Assembly: GCA_964016885.1 (NCBI GenBank)
Contig: OZ024741.1
Coordinates: forward strand, 371,876,001-371,940,000
Source: Eledone cirrhosa
Taxonomy: Eukaryota
Direction of reading: 5' to 3'
DNA: 64,000 bases
Below, one piece after another: positions 1 through 15,038 of this stretch. The position numbers were made by a program, and so were the translations under genes. The notes under the pieces are model-generated. The model was given only the letters and a program-made list of their open reading frames with translations. It was not told the DNA's origin and did no database searches. Positions within the stretch are counted from its first letter, which is position 1, and each line of letters starts with the position of its first letter.

Positions 1-388
1 GCTCAAATCACGACAAGGTTAGCTTTACCTTTTATCCTTACAGAGTCGATAAAATAAAGTACCAGTCACTAACTAGGGTCGATTTAATTGACTTTCTCCT
101 TCCCCTCAAATAGTTTATTTTGTTTGTTTCGTTTTGTTTTTTGTTATTTTCTTTGTTCACTATTTTTGCTTTTCTTATATGCTTTTTGTGTAATAGGTGC
201 TCTTTTTCGATTTCTGATATATTTGCTTTGTTTGATGATATTGAGAATATATATTCTTTTTGTTAGCTTGTCTGCTTGACTCACGCCGAGGTCAACTTTG
301 CCTTTCATCCTTTCGAGGTCGATAAAATAAACTACTAGTAATACACTGGGATAATTGCTGATCTTGTGCCAAAAGTAGAAACAATTAT
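1..388 (+). mobile_element. Two partial copies of the tRNA-derived SINE family (1-110, 282-388)
   Basis: Shared core GAGGTYAACTTTGCCTTTCATCCTT..GGTCGATAAAATAAAGTACCAG and 3' end TTGTGCCAAAAGTAGAAACAATTA, also seen in the fuller copies. Confidence 0.8.
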
Positions 389-970
389 ATTTAGATCAGG
401 GTTATTTTCTTTCCAAATTTCAGTATGAATTTTGAAATAATCATCGTTCAGTATTTTTATTAATTTTTGCTCTGTTCAGAGACGAAAGGGTCATTGTGGA
501 GAGAAAAGAGCGGTGTGGTGAACGAAGCAAAGTGACAAATGAGGGCAGACGCTTCACATTCCTCGTCGGTCTATTTCTCATCAATTTCTTGAAATACCTT
601 TTGGAGAGAAAGGAAGGGAGATGCTACTCTCCACTTCCAGTATATTGTTTGAAAGGTGAGTGGTGTATAGTCCGAAATATATTGGCATGCTTCCAGCATG
701 AGCCTGTAAGCCGAAGAACAAAGATAGAAGAAGGCAATTGCGCTAAGTTTTAGGGGTAATCTGGGTTCAGTGAGGTTCCCAGATTGGTCCCAGGTGGTCC
801 TCTCCCTATCCGGAAGTCGTTCTTTCTTTCATTTCTCCTTTTGTGTTTATGTTGACGTTTTTCAAACACTTTAACACTCACCATCATTGTAATTTTCTTT
901 GTGTTGTCCTTCATCCGTGGCTCTTGTAGTAATAATAAAGAAAGAATTATTATTTTTTCAGTAGTCTTAC

Positions 971-1279
971 CGGTCGCTCTCCGACAGGTTTGCGGTCGTG
1001 CCCTTGGCAGTGGAAACTTCTGGTGTCCTTGGCCCTAGGGCTACCTCCCTCCTCACCAACATAGGTGCTGAGCTGGCCAGCCGCAGGTGTGAGCCTCGCG
1101 TGATGGAATGGCTCTTCCAGCGCATCTCCCTTACTATCCTCCGGGGAAACGCCTTCACCATTCTGTCCGACGGGGTTGTGGGACGGCCAGCACGTGGGAC
1201 CTCATTTGCTCACAATACAGAGAGATGGGGAGGGCGAGAGAGATGGAGGTGATGACAGTGGGAGTTCGGCTCTTCCGTG
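971..1279 (+). mobile_element. Fragment of a CRE-like non-LTR retrotransposon (restriction-like endonuclease C-terminus)
   Basis: Translation VPLAVETSGVLG...WLFQRISLTILRGNAFTIL matches the P-x-AVET-x-G ... QR-x-S ... RGNA pattern at the end of CRE-clade ORFs. Further copies at 36874-37103 and 36479-36571 (-). Confidence 0.65.
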
Positions 1280-1415
1280 CATCTCTCATGTGGATCACTC
1301 CATATGATGGAATACTTTTCCTCCTTTGTCCCATAGACACAGACACGTGTACGCTGGAATAATGGAAGAATCTCAATTACGTTCGATAAAGTAGTCTTAT
1401 TGTGAATTGTAAGCA

Positions 1416-1612
1416 TTGGTAGATCGTCGAACAACATGCTTTGTGGCATTTTGTTACGTCCCTTTACGTCCTGAGTTCAAATCCCGTCGAGGTTAGCTTT
1501 GCCTTTCATCCTTTCAGGATCGATAAAATAAAGTACCAGTAACGCATTAGGGTCGATTTAATCGAATTTCGACTTCCGTTCAAATTTCTGACCTTGTACC
1601 AAATGTAGAAAT

Positions 1613-1653
<41 letters not shown>

Positions 1654-2315
1654 TAAACACTCTGCAATCTGATTTCTTCCCATCACATCGGCTTAACCTG
1701 ATTCCTCTTAACTATGGGAGAAAATTAGATAGCTTAGTGTTAACATACTTAATGCATGGGACATTTAAAAGCTAATTAGAAATAATTATACTGTGAAGAA
1801 TAGCGAAGGTGGATTGGCAGTATCGGTAGAGGGTCGGACGCCATGCTTTCCAGCATAGTTACGTCCCTTGCCATTCTGAGTTCAAATCCCGCCGAGGTTA
1901 ACTTTGCCTTTCATCCTTACGGGGTCGATCAAATAAAGTACCAGTAATGTACTAGGTAATTGCTGGCCTTGTGACAAAAGTAGAAACAATTATTTCCTAA
2001 CTAATATAGTTTCGTCATTTTTCTAGCAAAAACGAATGACAAATTCAGGCATTTTCCCATCTTATTCTGACCTCAGAAGTTGTGAATGCGGGTTAATTAA
2101 TTGACCAAGGATATGGAATTGTTTAGTTACTATTTAATTTAGATATTAAATAATTAAATAACCATTTAATTATGTAACCAGTTCTAAGTGGAATCGTTAG
2201 AACGTCGGATTGAATGCTTTGCGGTATTCGCTCCGTCTCTCTATGCTCTTAATTCAAATCCCACCGAGTTCAACTTTCGAGGTCAATAGAAAAGGTGCCA
2301 GTCCAGTACATAGGT
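1416..2315 (+). mobile_element. Three tRNA-derived SINE copies (about 1416-1612, 1808-1993, 2187-2315) and a (TAG)n tract at about 1615-1652
   Basis: Pol III A-box-like TGGCAGTATCGG and B-box GAGTTCAAATCC, followed by the conserved core. Confidence 0.8.
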
Positions 2316-2756
2316 GGATTCTTTCTCCATCACTCTCCCTTTTCCTCCGTCTCTGGAGGAAATCAGCTGTGTTTATAGCTAGAGAGGTGATGTGCTCCAC
2401 CAGGTTTAAAACACCATTTGTCACCTCTACGAATCCACCAGGAATTATGGGTCCATACATACAGAACAAATTCGCTCCAGTCTTACAGTTTGCAGTGGCG
2501 TCACTGTTAATGAAACACTTTTAAATCCTTCTCATGTTAATAATACTTTCTTTAAAAACACTTTCAAATTTAGGCTGTTTCATTCATTTAATGAAATGCA
2601 TGGGAAATCACCATTGACACTTTCTATCTACTCTCTCTCACTCTCCATCTCTCTCCCTCTTCTTTTTCTTTCTCACTCTCTCATTATTTCTTTTTCATTC
2701 CCCCCTCACTTTCCTTCTGCTCTCCCCTCTATATCTATCTATCTATCTATCTATCT

Positions 2757-2903
2757 AACGAAGGAAGTGTGGTAAGGAACCAGGTGGACCATAACGCACC
2801 AGAGTACTCGCTACTTTGAGTAGTAGAGTGGGTAATAGGAAAGTTCAGAACTAGCTGTCGAAACGGCCGGAGCTCAGCCGTCGGGGTCCTGACTCTTTTC
2901 CTA
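2757..2903. mobile_element. Rearranged copy of the fold-back element family also at 4226-4413, 5452-5625, 6120-6182 and 13529-13724
   Basis: AACGAAGGAAGTGTGGTAAGGAACCAGGTGGACCATAACGCACC joined to CGAAACGGC..AGCCGTCGGGGTC. Confidence 0.75.
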
Positions 2904-3133
2904 CCTATCTATCTATATATCTATCTCGCCCCACACTCGTCTACTCAGAGAGAAGTGCCTGCGTCATATTAATGTATCTACTCTTTCCCCCCTCTCTCTC
3001 TCTTTCCCTCCCCCTCTCTCTCCCTCTGTTCTCTTTCCTTCTGCCCTACTCTATATATTTATCTATTCATCTCTCCCTCTCCCTCTCATCCTCTATATAT
3101 TTCTCTCTCTCCCTCTCTCTCTCATCCTCTATA

Positions 3134-3174
<41 letters not shown>

Positions 3175-3894
3175 TATCTGTGCCCTACTCTATACATTTA
3201 ACTATCTATCTATCTCCCTCTCTCTCTCCTCCTCTATATATTTATCTATCTATCCCACCCCATCTCTCTCTCTCCTCCTCTATATATCTATCTCCCGCCT
3301 CTCCTCCTCTATATATCTATCTGTCTCACCCCTCACTAGTCAGAGAGAAGAGCTAGCCTGTGTCATGTTAATGATGGGCGTGCTCAAATGGACAACACTA
3401 AAATTGATAGTCAGCGACTACAGTTAACTTGCCAAAACAGAAGATAAGCTTTAAAACCCTGCTTTTTTTTATCTTATCCATGTATGATGATTGATTGATG
3501 ATATTGCGTGTGTGTCTATCTGTCTGTTTGTGAGTGTATGCGTGCGCGCGCGTCAACATTGCGGTTATGCTGGGCACCAACCGACGTCTATCTAGGGATT
3601 TTTTAGTCGATCGTATCGACTGACCCCCCGGTATTTTTTCAAACAGGTTATCCGTTTCTATTTATCGACGCTATTTGGTAAACTAAATAAACACAGCTAT
3701 ATATACAGCCCCAACGAAACTTAAGTATCTGCGAATGCCCCTGTTCCAACTCGTTCTACGGACTGAGTGCTCTTAACCCTTAGATATTTATATCAAGTTC
3801 TGCTTTTACCTGTTGGTATTTGTCGTTGTTGTGGTTTTACACCTCGTCGATATATTCATGTTGTTACAATAATTGTTTCTACTTTTCAAACAAG

Positions 3895-4040
3895 ACCAGC
3901 AATTATCTCAGTACTTTATTTTATCGACCCCGTAAGGATAAAAGGCAAAGTTAACCTCGGCGGAATTGGAACTCAGACCGAAAAGGGACGAAACTCTATG
4001 CTGTAAAGCATGGCCTCCGACTCTCTACCGATACTGCCAC
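3895..4040 (-). mobile_element. tRNA-derived SINE, reverse orientation
   Basis: Reverse complement of the SINE core: GTACTTTATTTTATCGACCCCGTAAGGATAAAAGGCAAAGTTAACCTCGGCGG. Confidence 0.8.
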
Positions 4041-4176
4041 AATAATATAACTTTGTGTTACTCTAATGGAGAAGATTTTGAACTTTTCCCCCCATTGAGT
4101 GCTTTGTGACTGACTCAAATAAGCCCTAATGCAGCTTCAGCTTCGATGAATACTTAACACACACACACACACACAT

Positions 4177-4225
<49 letters not shown>

Positions 4226-4229
<4 letters not shown>

Positions 4230-4411
4230 AAAATGTTTAACCCCGACGGCAGAGCCCAAACCGTTTCGACGGCTATTTCTGAAATAGCCATCGAAACGGC
4301 TTGAGCTCTACCGTTGGAGTTAAACATTTTCCTATTACCCACTCTACTACCCTAAGTATTGAGTACTCTGGTGCGTTATGGTCTACCTGGTTCCTTACCA
4401 CACTTCCTTCG

Positions 4412-4413
<2 letters not shown>
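4226..4413 (+). mobile_element. Fold-back element (palindrome of about 108 bp plus unique tail) inside (TA)n
   Basis: AGGAAAATGTTTAAC...GGCTATTTC-T-GAAATAGCC...GTTAAACATTTTCCT, with TA repeats on both sides. Confidence 0.8.
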
Positions 4414-4457
<44 letters not shown>

Positions 4458-4725
4458 TGGTAATGTTTATGTACATTTTTCCTTCTAACTTCGATTTTGT
4501 ACCTATTTACGTGTAGTTAACTATATGTCTAGTCAATTTCTACAGGCTAGTAGGAATATTAGGTAAATATCATGTAGCTGTATGTCGCGGAAAAGAAGCT
4601 ATATCATTTGTCTATTATTTCTTCATAACTACATTTTAAACATAGCCTCGTTTAAATGATTTTTTGTATGGTTGATTGGGAGAGGAAATACTGTATATAT
4701 TTTATCTAATGATTCTTTGGACTTA

Positions 4726-4774
<49 letters not shown>

Positions 4775-4787
4775 CGAAGGAAGTGTG

Positions 4788-5150
4788 GTTACGGCCCTTT
4801 ACGGTCTGAGTTCAAATCTCGCGGAGGTTAATTTTGCCTTTCAACCTTACAGGGTCGATAAAATAAAGCACCAGTCACGCACTGGGGTCGATTTTATCGA
4901 CTTTCCCCTCCGCCCAAAATTGCTGGCCTTGTGCCTATATAAGAAACCATTATTTATCTTCGGTGGATTGGCAGTATCAGTAGAGGGTCGGACGCCATGC
5001 TTTCATGCAAAGAGTTACGTCCCTTTACGATCTGAGTTCAAATCCCACCGAGGTTAACTTTGCCTTTCATACTTACGGGGTCGATAAAATAAAGTACCAG
5101 TAATGTACTGGATAATTGCTGGCCTTGTGCCAAAAGTAGAAACAATTATT
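4788..5150 (+). mobile_element. Two tandem tRNA-derived SINE copies
   Basis: B-box, core and 3' tail are repeated twice; the second copy is full length from GGTGGATTGGCAGTATC at about 4962. Confidence 0.85.
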
Positions 5151-5451
5151 TATCTTCATACACAGAACAAAGGTGCTACCCAAGATTTCAATGTCCAAAT
5201 TTGACCATACCTCCAGAAAACAAGAGGCATCGAAATAGTGACCATTCTTCAGACGCTTATACGAGTTTTCTGGATGTATGGACAAATTTGAGCCTTGAAA
5301 CCTTGAGTAGCGCCTTTCTTCCTGTATGAACATAAATAAATAATATAATATTTCTGCTCTCTTTCCGATTGAACACTTTTTTTTCCTTTTCACACCTACC
5401 GATATTGCTACATAAACACACATATACATATATAGATATATATATATATAT

Positions 5452-5625
5452 AACGAAGGAAATGTGGTAAGAACCAGATGGACCATAACGCACCAAAGTA
5501 CTCAATACTTAGAGTAGTAGAGTGGGTAATAGGAACAAGTATGACGCCGACGGCAGAGTTCAAGCCGTTTCGACGTCCAGAATTAGCCGTCGAAACGGCT
5601 TGAGCTCTGCCGTCGGGGTCATACA
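5452..5625. mobile_element. Fold-back element family copy
   Basis: GACGCCGACGGCAGAGTTCAAGCCGTTTCGACG...CGTCGAAACGGCTTGAGCTCTGCCGTCGGGGTC. Confidence 0.8.
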
Positions 5626-5662
5626 TTCCCTTTCCCTTCTCCCTCTCACTTCTGGTTTCTCC

Positions 5663-5717
<55 letters not shown>

Positions 5718-6193
5718 CACTCACTTTGCTGAGATCGCACGGAAACACCTCGCTCCGCAGTTATATTCACCACAGGGCTTAGTCCAATCGCTTCGTTGTA
5801 TACTCACTTGCATGATCCATTGCCCTGTGTCCCCGCCCCCACCATCCCTTTAGTTTACTTCGTTTTTCCTCTTTCCTTTTTTCTCTTTCTTCCTCTCTCT
5901 TCACTATCTTATCTTTTCTTCCCCTCAGGGCCTTTTGATTGGTAAAAGGCCTTGGGCGCGCTGCTGATGGATTTCGATGTCCTGTTTTAAGCGCCGAAAC
6001 ATCTATGATGAAGGGTTTCTTCTCTTGTTTCGTCCATATTACTATCTTAAATTTTGTTTACAGTAACCACACAGCCTGCTTAGTTTCTTATATATATATA
6101 TATAAAACAAAGAACAAGGGGTGTGTGGTATGATACCAGGTGGACCAGAGTACTCGATACTTAGGGTAGTAGAGTGGGTAATATATATATATA

Positions 6194-6237
<44 letters not shown>

Positions 6238-6240
6238 TAT

Positions 6241-7147
6241 CTAGGGCGGGTAAAATTCCCGAGATCCATGGACGAGTTCTCTCCAGCGGTCTCTGTCCCT
6301 CATTATCGCTGCCATGTCCTGCGTCTCCAACAGACCAGTGTCTGTCCTTAGGGCATCATCATACGTTAACCTGGGTCTTCCTCTTCCAGTGTGTCCATGT
6401 AGGGGCTCCCACAGGAGCACTGAGTGCAATGTCAACTCTGGATGTCGGTGAGCATGTCCAGCTAACCTCAGTCTCCTCTGTGTCACTTTTGAGCTGACTT
6501 TTAGGAGGCTCCCATACAGCTCTGAGTTTTTCATCCTCAGTGTATACTGATTAATGTTCATCCTGATGCTGAGGAGGATATTAGAGGGAGCTAGAGCAAA
6601 GTGCCTTCCTGCGGTCATGGTTTTCATTGACTTTAGGAAGGCCTTTAATTCTGTGGACCGTCACTGCCTGATGAAGATCTTACAGGCTTATGGAATCCCC
6701 AAGAAGATAGTGGACCTGATATCACTGCTCTACACCAACACCAAAGCCCAAGTCATTACACCTGATGGGATGACAGAGTTCTTTGAGTTACTGGCTGGAG
6801 TGCTCCAGGGAGATACATTGGCTCCCTACCTTTTTATCATCTTAGTGGACTATTGTATGCGCCTTGCACTGGAGAAATACCAGGACTCTGACTTTACTGT
6901 AGCACCGGCTGAGAGCAGGAGAGTTAAGGCGAAAAAGGTAGCAGATGCTGAATTTGCCGACGACATAGTTTTGGTGACAAATACAGTAAAGGAGGCAGAG
7001 GATTTGATGCGGGAGGTTGAGACTGTGTCGATGAGTGTGGGGCTGAGAATGAATGAGACTAAAACAAAATATCTGGTAAAGAATGTTGAGAAGCCAGAGG
7101 GGATCACTAATGTTGGCGGGAAGCCGCTAGAATTGATTGAGGGCTTC

Positions 7148-7150
<3 letters not shown>
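6241..7150. mobile_element. RTE-clade LINE fragment with 5' inversion: RT core on + (about 6555-7150) and ORF C-terminus on - (6241 to about 6560)
   Basis: RT motifs VFIDFRKAF, GVLQGDTLAPYLF and EFADDIVL on +; RRLRLAGH...GRGRPRLTY...DRDRWRELV on -. Both ends abut (TA)n. Confidence 0.9.
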
Positions 7151-7208
<58 letters not shown>

Positions 7209-7308
7209 GTTTATATACAATAAACATATAGGTAGCTTCGATATCAAAGAAAATATTTTTTCGCAACGAAAAATGTTTCCTGTGAGAATATATCAGTACG
7301 TGTTGAGT

Positions 7309-7361
7309 GAGTGTCACTGATGAAAGAATAACACATCTTGAAACAGCACTGTCTGACATTC
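7309..7361 (+). ncRNA. Type I hammerhead ribozyme (GUC site) inside a 7205-7486 element with inverted termini of about 67 bp
   Basis: gagtgtca CTGATGA aaga-ataacaca-tctt GAAAC ag-ca-ct GTC tgacattc. Helix I extends to 7296/7371. Confidence 0.85.
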
Positions 7362-7854
7362 TCAACCGTACTTGTGCCTATAGCAGAAAATAAAGGAAAA
7401 TAGCGAAAAATAAATTTCTTTCGTTACGAAAAAATATTTTTCTTTGATAGTGAGGCTACCCATATGCTTATTGTATGTAAACGTATAATATATGATTTTA
7501 TATACACTGCTATTAAGCTTAAATGTTATCTTAGTGCAACTGCTATTTAACTATATGTGTATGTGTGTCTGTGTGTGTGTGAAGCAACAGAGCCATTATG
7601 AAGGAACCTCTCCAATGCTACTTGACATGCTAGTAATAAGAGTCAAACTTCCCTCGGTTTTTACCTTTTCTTAAAAATCGAAGGTCCTATTGAATAATGT
7701 ACTTACTATACGATGTATAAACACACAAAATTGAGAAAGCATAATTATGACAGCTGGGGCATCGCTCTGAAAGAATTTAATTGTTCAAATCTAACCCAGA
7801 AAGTTATGACCCTTTACATATATAAATATATCGATCGACAAGATCCCAGACCGC

Positions 7855-8150
7855 ATTCGTTTAAGGAGTTGGGTGGAGCTGGTCAAATCGGACCGAAGAA
7901 ACAATGTTTCCATTGGTCTTTCTCACGGACATAACGCATCGCCCGGTCTGGGAATCGAACTCACAACCACACGATTGCGAATCCAATTATCTAACCACTC
8001 AGCCACACGCCTTTTACATTCTGTATTCAAATCCCACCGAAGTCAACTTACATTTTCATCCCTTAGAAGTCGTTAAAATAAAATACTAGTCAAGTAGTGG
8101 AGCTGATTTAATCAACTTTCCCCTTCCTTAACATTTGCTGGCCTTGTGTC
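7855..8150. mobile_element. SINE fragments: a tRNA-like head on - (about 7950-8007) and a main-family core on + (8024-8150)
   Basis: GGAATCGAACTCAC...CTAACCACTCAGCCAC is the reverse complement of A/B boxes; a degenerate core follows. Confidence 0.6.
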
Positions 8151-8567
8151 TAAATTATATATCAATATCATGGTTTTAACAAAGTTTTTGAGATTTTAAC
8201 TTAAATTTATGAACTCCAGGTTAGGAATTGCAGATTTAGACTAATAACTAATTTAATCACATGGACGAATTACGTAATATGAGGTAGCGGAAAAAGAGGA
8301 AAGAGTGTATAATTAACGAAAATATGCATAATTATGGAAATAAGCGTGGAATTAAGTGTCCCGCCTATAACAACAGACAGCTGTAGCTTATTAATATAGT
8401 CAAGGCATAATTTGGTGTTCGTATACTCACGCACGTACACACAGTCACACACACACACACACCCACATATATATATGTGTGTATATATATATGTGTGTAT
8501 ATATATATGTATATATATGTGTGTATATATATATGTATATATATGTATATATATATATATATGTATA

Positions 8568-8629
<62 letters not shown>

Positions 8630-8649
8630 TGTATATGTATATGTATATG

Positions 8650-8683
<34 letters not shown>

Positions 8684-8691
8684 TGTATATG

Positions 8692-8734
<43 letters not shown>

Positions 8735-8736
8735 GT

Positions 8737-8788
<52 letters not shown>

Positions 8789-8789
8789 G

Positions 8790-8822
<33 letters not shown>

Positions 8823-8975
8823 GTATATATATGTATATATATATATATGTATGTATATATATATGTATATATATATGTATATATATATGTATATATATAT
8901 ATATATATGTATATATATGTATATATATATATATGTGTATATATATGTATATATATATATATGTGTATATATATG

Positions 8976-9008
<33 letters not shown>

Positions 9009-9133
9009 GTGTATATATATGTATATATATATATATGTGTATATATATGTATATATATATATATGTGTATATATATGTATATATATATATATGTGTATAT
9101 ATATGTATATATATATATATGTATATATATATG

Positions 9134-9248
<115 letters not shown>

Positions 9249-9251
9249 GTG

Positions 9252-9282
<31 letters not shown>

Positions 9283-9285
9283 GTG

Positions 9286-9348
<63 letters not shown>

Positions 9349-9645
9349 GTATATGTGTATATATATATGTATATATATATATATATATATGTATATGTGT
9401 ATATATATATGTATATATATATATATATGTATATGTGTATATATATATGTATATATATATGTATATGTGTATATATATATGTATATATATATATATATAT
9501 GTATATGTGTATATATATATGTATATATATATATATATGTATATGTGTATATATATATGTATATATATATATATATATGTGTATATATATATGTATATAT
9601 ATATATATATATATGTATATGTGTATATATATATGTATATATATA

Positions 9646-10188
<543 letters not shown>

Positions 10189-10363
10189 ATATATATATAT
10201 ATATGTGTATAAATATATATATATATATATATATGTGTATATATATATATGTGTATATATATATATGTGTGTATATATATATATATGTGTATATATATAT
10301 ATGTGTGTATATATGTGTATATATATATATATATATGTGTATATATATATATGTGTATATATA

Positions 10364-10428
<65 letters not shown>

Positions 10429-10485
10429 ATATATATATATATATATGTGTATATATATATATATATATGTGTATATATATATATA

Positions 10486-10654
<169 letters not shown>

Positions 10655-10691
10655 GTGTATATATATATATATATGTGTATATATATATATA

Positions 10692-10770
<79 letters not shown>

Positions 10771-10785
10771 GTGTATATATATATA

Positions 10786-10837
<52 letters not shown>

Positions 10838-10843
10838 AATATA

Positions 10844-10874
<31 letters not shown>

Positions 10875-10889
10875 GTGTATATATATATA

Positions 10890-10944
<55 letters not shown>

Positions 10945-10979
10945 ATATATATATATATATATGTGTATATATATATATA

Positions 10980-11028
<49 letters not shown>

Positions 11029-11110
11029 GTTATTCCGGGTTGAATCGGAGGTAACCACAGTAAGTAAGGTACTCAATACATAGCAGAGTATAACAGTTTT
11101 AATATAGATG

Positions 11111-11158
11111 AGATTCTACAGGACGAGAACTGTTTCATTCATTAGAAATCATCAGGAA

Positions 11159-11161
<3 letters not shown>
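11111..11161 (-). ncRNA. Type I hammerhead ribozyme (GUA site) in a 135-bp island between TA arrays
   Basis: Minus strand: agattc CTGATGA t-ttc-taat-gaa-t GAAAC ag-ttctcgtc-ct GTA gaatct. Helix I is 6 bp and helix III is 4 bp. Confidence 0.85.
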
Positions 11162-11207
<46 letters not shown>

Positions 11208-11226
11208 ATATGTGTATATATATATA

Positions 11227-11461
<235 letters not shown>

Positions 11462-11472
11462 ATATATATATA

Positions 11473-11515
<43 letters not shown>

Positions 11516-11526
11516 ATATATATATA

Positions 11527-11573
<47 letters not shown>

Positions 11574-11574
11574 G

Positions 11575-11607
<33 letters not shown>

Positions 11608-11608
11608 G

Positions 11609-11686
<78 letters not shown>

Positions 11687-11690
11687 TGTG

Positions 11691-11857
<167 letters not shown>

Positions 11858-11872
11858 ATATATATATATATA

Positions 11873-11921
<49 letters not shown>

Positions 11922-11956
11922 ATATATATATATATATATGTGTGTATATATATATA

Positions 11957-11987
<31 letters not shown>

Positions 11988-12014
11988 GTGTATATATATA
12001 TATATATATATGTG

Positions 12015-12063
<49 letters not shown>

Positions 12064-12298
12064 GTATGTATATATATATATATATATGTGTATATATATG
12101 TATATATATATGTATATATATATATATATGTATACATATATGTATATATATGTATATATATATTTATATATGTATATATATATTTATATATGTATATATA
12201 TATATATATGTATATATATATTTATATATGTATATATATATATGTATATATATATTTATATATGTATATATATATATGTATATATATATTTATATATG

Positions 12299-12347
<49 letters not shown>

Positions 12348-12356
12348 TTATATATG

Positions 12357-12389
<33 letters not shown>

Positions 12390-12416
12390 GTATATATATA
12401 TTTTTATATGTATATG

Positions 12417-12499
<83 letters not shown>

Positions 12500-12532
12500 G
12501 TATATGTATATATATATATGTATATATATATG

Positions 12533-12702
<170 letters not shown>

Positions 12703-12810
12703 TGTATATGTATATATATATGTATATGTATATATATATATGTATATATATATATGTATATGTATATATATATATGTATATATATATATGTATATATATA
12801 TATGTATATG

Positions 12811-12857
<47 letters not shown>

Positions 12858-12868
12858 GTATATGTATA

Positions 12869-12921
<53 letters not shown>

Positions 12922-12940
12922 ATATATATATATATATATA

Positions 12941-13068
<128 letters not shown>

Positions 13069-13170
13069 TATGTGTATATATATATATATATATATGTGTA
13101 TATATATATATATATATGTGTATATATATATATATATATATGTGTGTATATATGTGTATATATATATATA

Positions 13171-13293
<123 letters not shown>

Positions 13294-13344
13294 GTGTGTG
13301 TATATATATATATATATATGTGTGTGTATATATATATATATATA

Positions 13345-13414
<70 letters not shown>

Positions 13415-13433
13415 TATATATATATATACACAC

Positions 13434-13528
<95 letters not shown>

Positions 13529-13530
<2 letters not shown>

Positions 13531-13724
13531 GGAACCAGTAAGACCCCGACAGCTGAGCTCAAGCCGTTTCGACGGCTAATTCTGGAGTCCAGAATTAACC
13601 GTCGAAACGGCTTGAGCTCAGCTGTCGGGGTCTTACTGGTTCCTATTACCCACTCTACTACCTCAAGTATTGAGTACTTTGGTGCGTTATGGTCCACCTG
13701 GTTCCTTACCACATTTCCTTCGTT
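13529..13724 (+). mobile_element. Fold-back element (near-perfect palindrome 13529-13645 plus unique tail) inside (TA)n
   Basis: TAGGAACCAGTAAGACCCCGACAGCTGAGCTC...AATTCTGGA-G-TCCAGAATT...GAGCTCAGCTGTCGGGGTCTTACTGGTTCCTA. Confidence 0.85.
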
Positions 13725-13729
13725 ATATA

Positions 13730-13803
<74 letters not shown>

Positions 13804-13831
13804 TATATATATATATATACACATATATATG

Positions 13832-13941
<110 letters not shown>

Positions 13942-14061
13942 TGTATATATATGTATATATATGTATATATGTATATATATGTATATATATATATATATGT
14001 ATATATATGTATATATAACCGTATGTCTCTCCACCACTCCCCTACACACCTTTTGAACTCT

Positions 14062-14095
14062 CACCTGAAGAAGGGCTTATGCCCGAAACGTCGTC
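14062..14095 (+). ncRNA. Minimal hammerhead motif in a Penelope pLTR-like fragment (14018-14187)
   Basis: CTGAAGA a gggc-ttat-gccc GAAAC GTC, with weak helix I and a downstream AATAAA. A degenerate relative is at 27614-27642. Confidence 0.6.
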
Positions 14096-14200
14096 CTCCA
14101 TCTACCCCACACTCTCCTGAGCGTGAATTTAATAAACATTTGTCGTACTGCCTCTCTGTTCTGTCCCTGTTCAATTTTTCATTATGTATATATATATGAA

Positions 14201-15038
14201 CAGTGAGAATTTCAGTACATGGAATCCAGTCCTCGCCAGCTGTTCTTTCTACCGAATTATTATTATTTTTATATGAGCCGCCAGTGTCCGCGCATTGCCT
14301 GGAGACTCAGCTGAGAATAGACTCCCTGATGACGCAATGAATTCTCGACAGTTGGATTACGTAACTGTCTTTATCCCATTGCAGAAACTAATTAGTTGGA
14401 GTGAAAATTTAAGTAAGAAAGTAAAAAAAAAAAAAAAAAAAAAAATTTTAAAATTCTTTAAAAAATATTTTCTCATCTTACGTCTTTTATATTATTGTTC
14501 TGCACCCTCCTGCATTGAACCACCTAGGTACTATGACATAACCTGTGTATTTGCTGGCATGGACGTGCATCTGTGCGCCTATGTTAGTTGATATATTAAA
14601 TTATCTATATTTATCTCCAAATCACTGATTTGTCGAGCAAACCTGCCAAAACCACTTCCAAATTTTGTTGGGGTGTTAGTAGGCGTCAGTCATCTTACCA
14701 TCCCATTCCTTCTAACTAGCCTCTGTATCACGTGATTGATTCTTTGGAATCGGCCATTTGACTAGAAGCAGTGAGAATTTCAGTACATGGAATCCAGTCC
14801 TCGCCAGCTGTTCTTTCTACCGAATTATTATTATTTTTATATGAGCCGCCAGTGTCCGCGCATTGCCTGGAGACTCAGCTGAGAATAGACTCCCTGATGA
14901 CGCAATGAATTCTCGACAGTTGGATTACGTAACTGTCTTTATCCCATTGCAGAAACTAATTAGTTGGAGTGAAAATTTAAGTAAGAAAGTAAAAAAAAAA
15001 TTTTTTAAATTCTTTAAAAAATATTTTCTCATCTTACG

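Noticed and set aside
1808-1900. tRNA genes at SINE heads
   Set aside because: A/B boxes run into the SINE core; there is no cloverleaf and many diverged copies
5925-6015. Hairpin plus CTGATGG...CGAAAC as a hammerhead
   Set aside because: The core is mismatched and there is no convincing helix I or II
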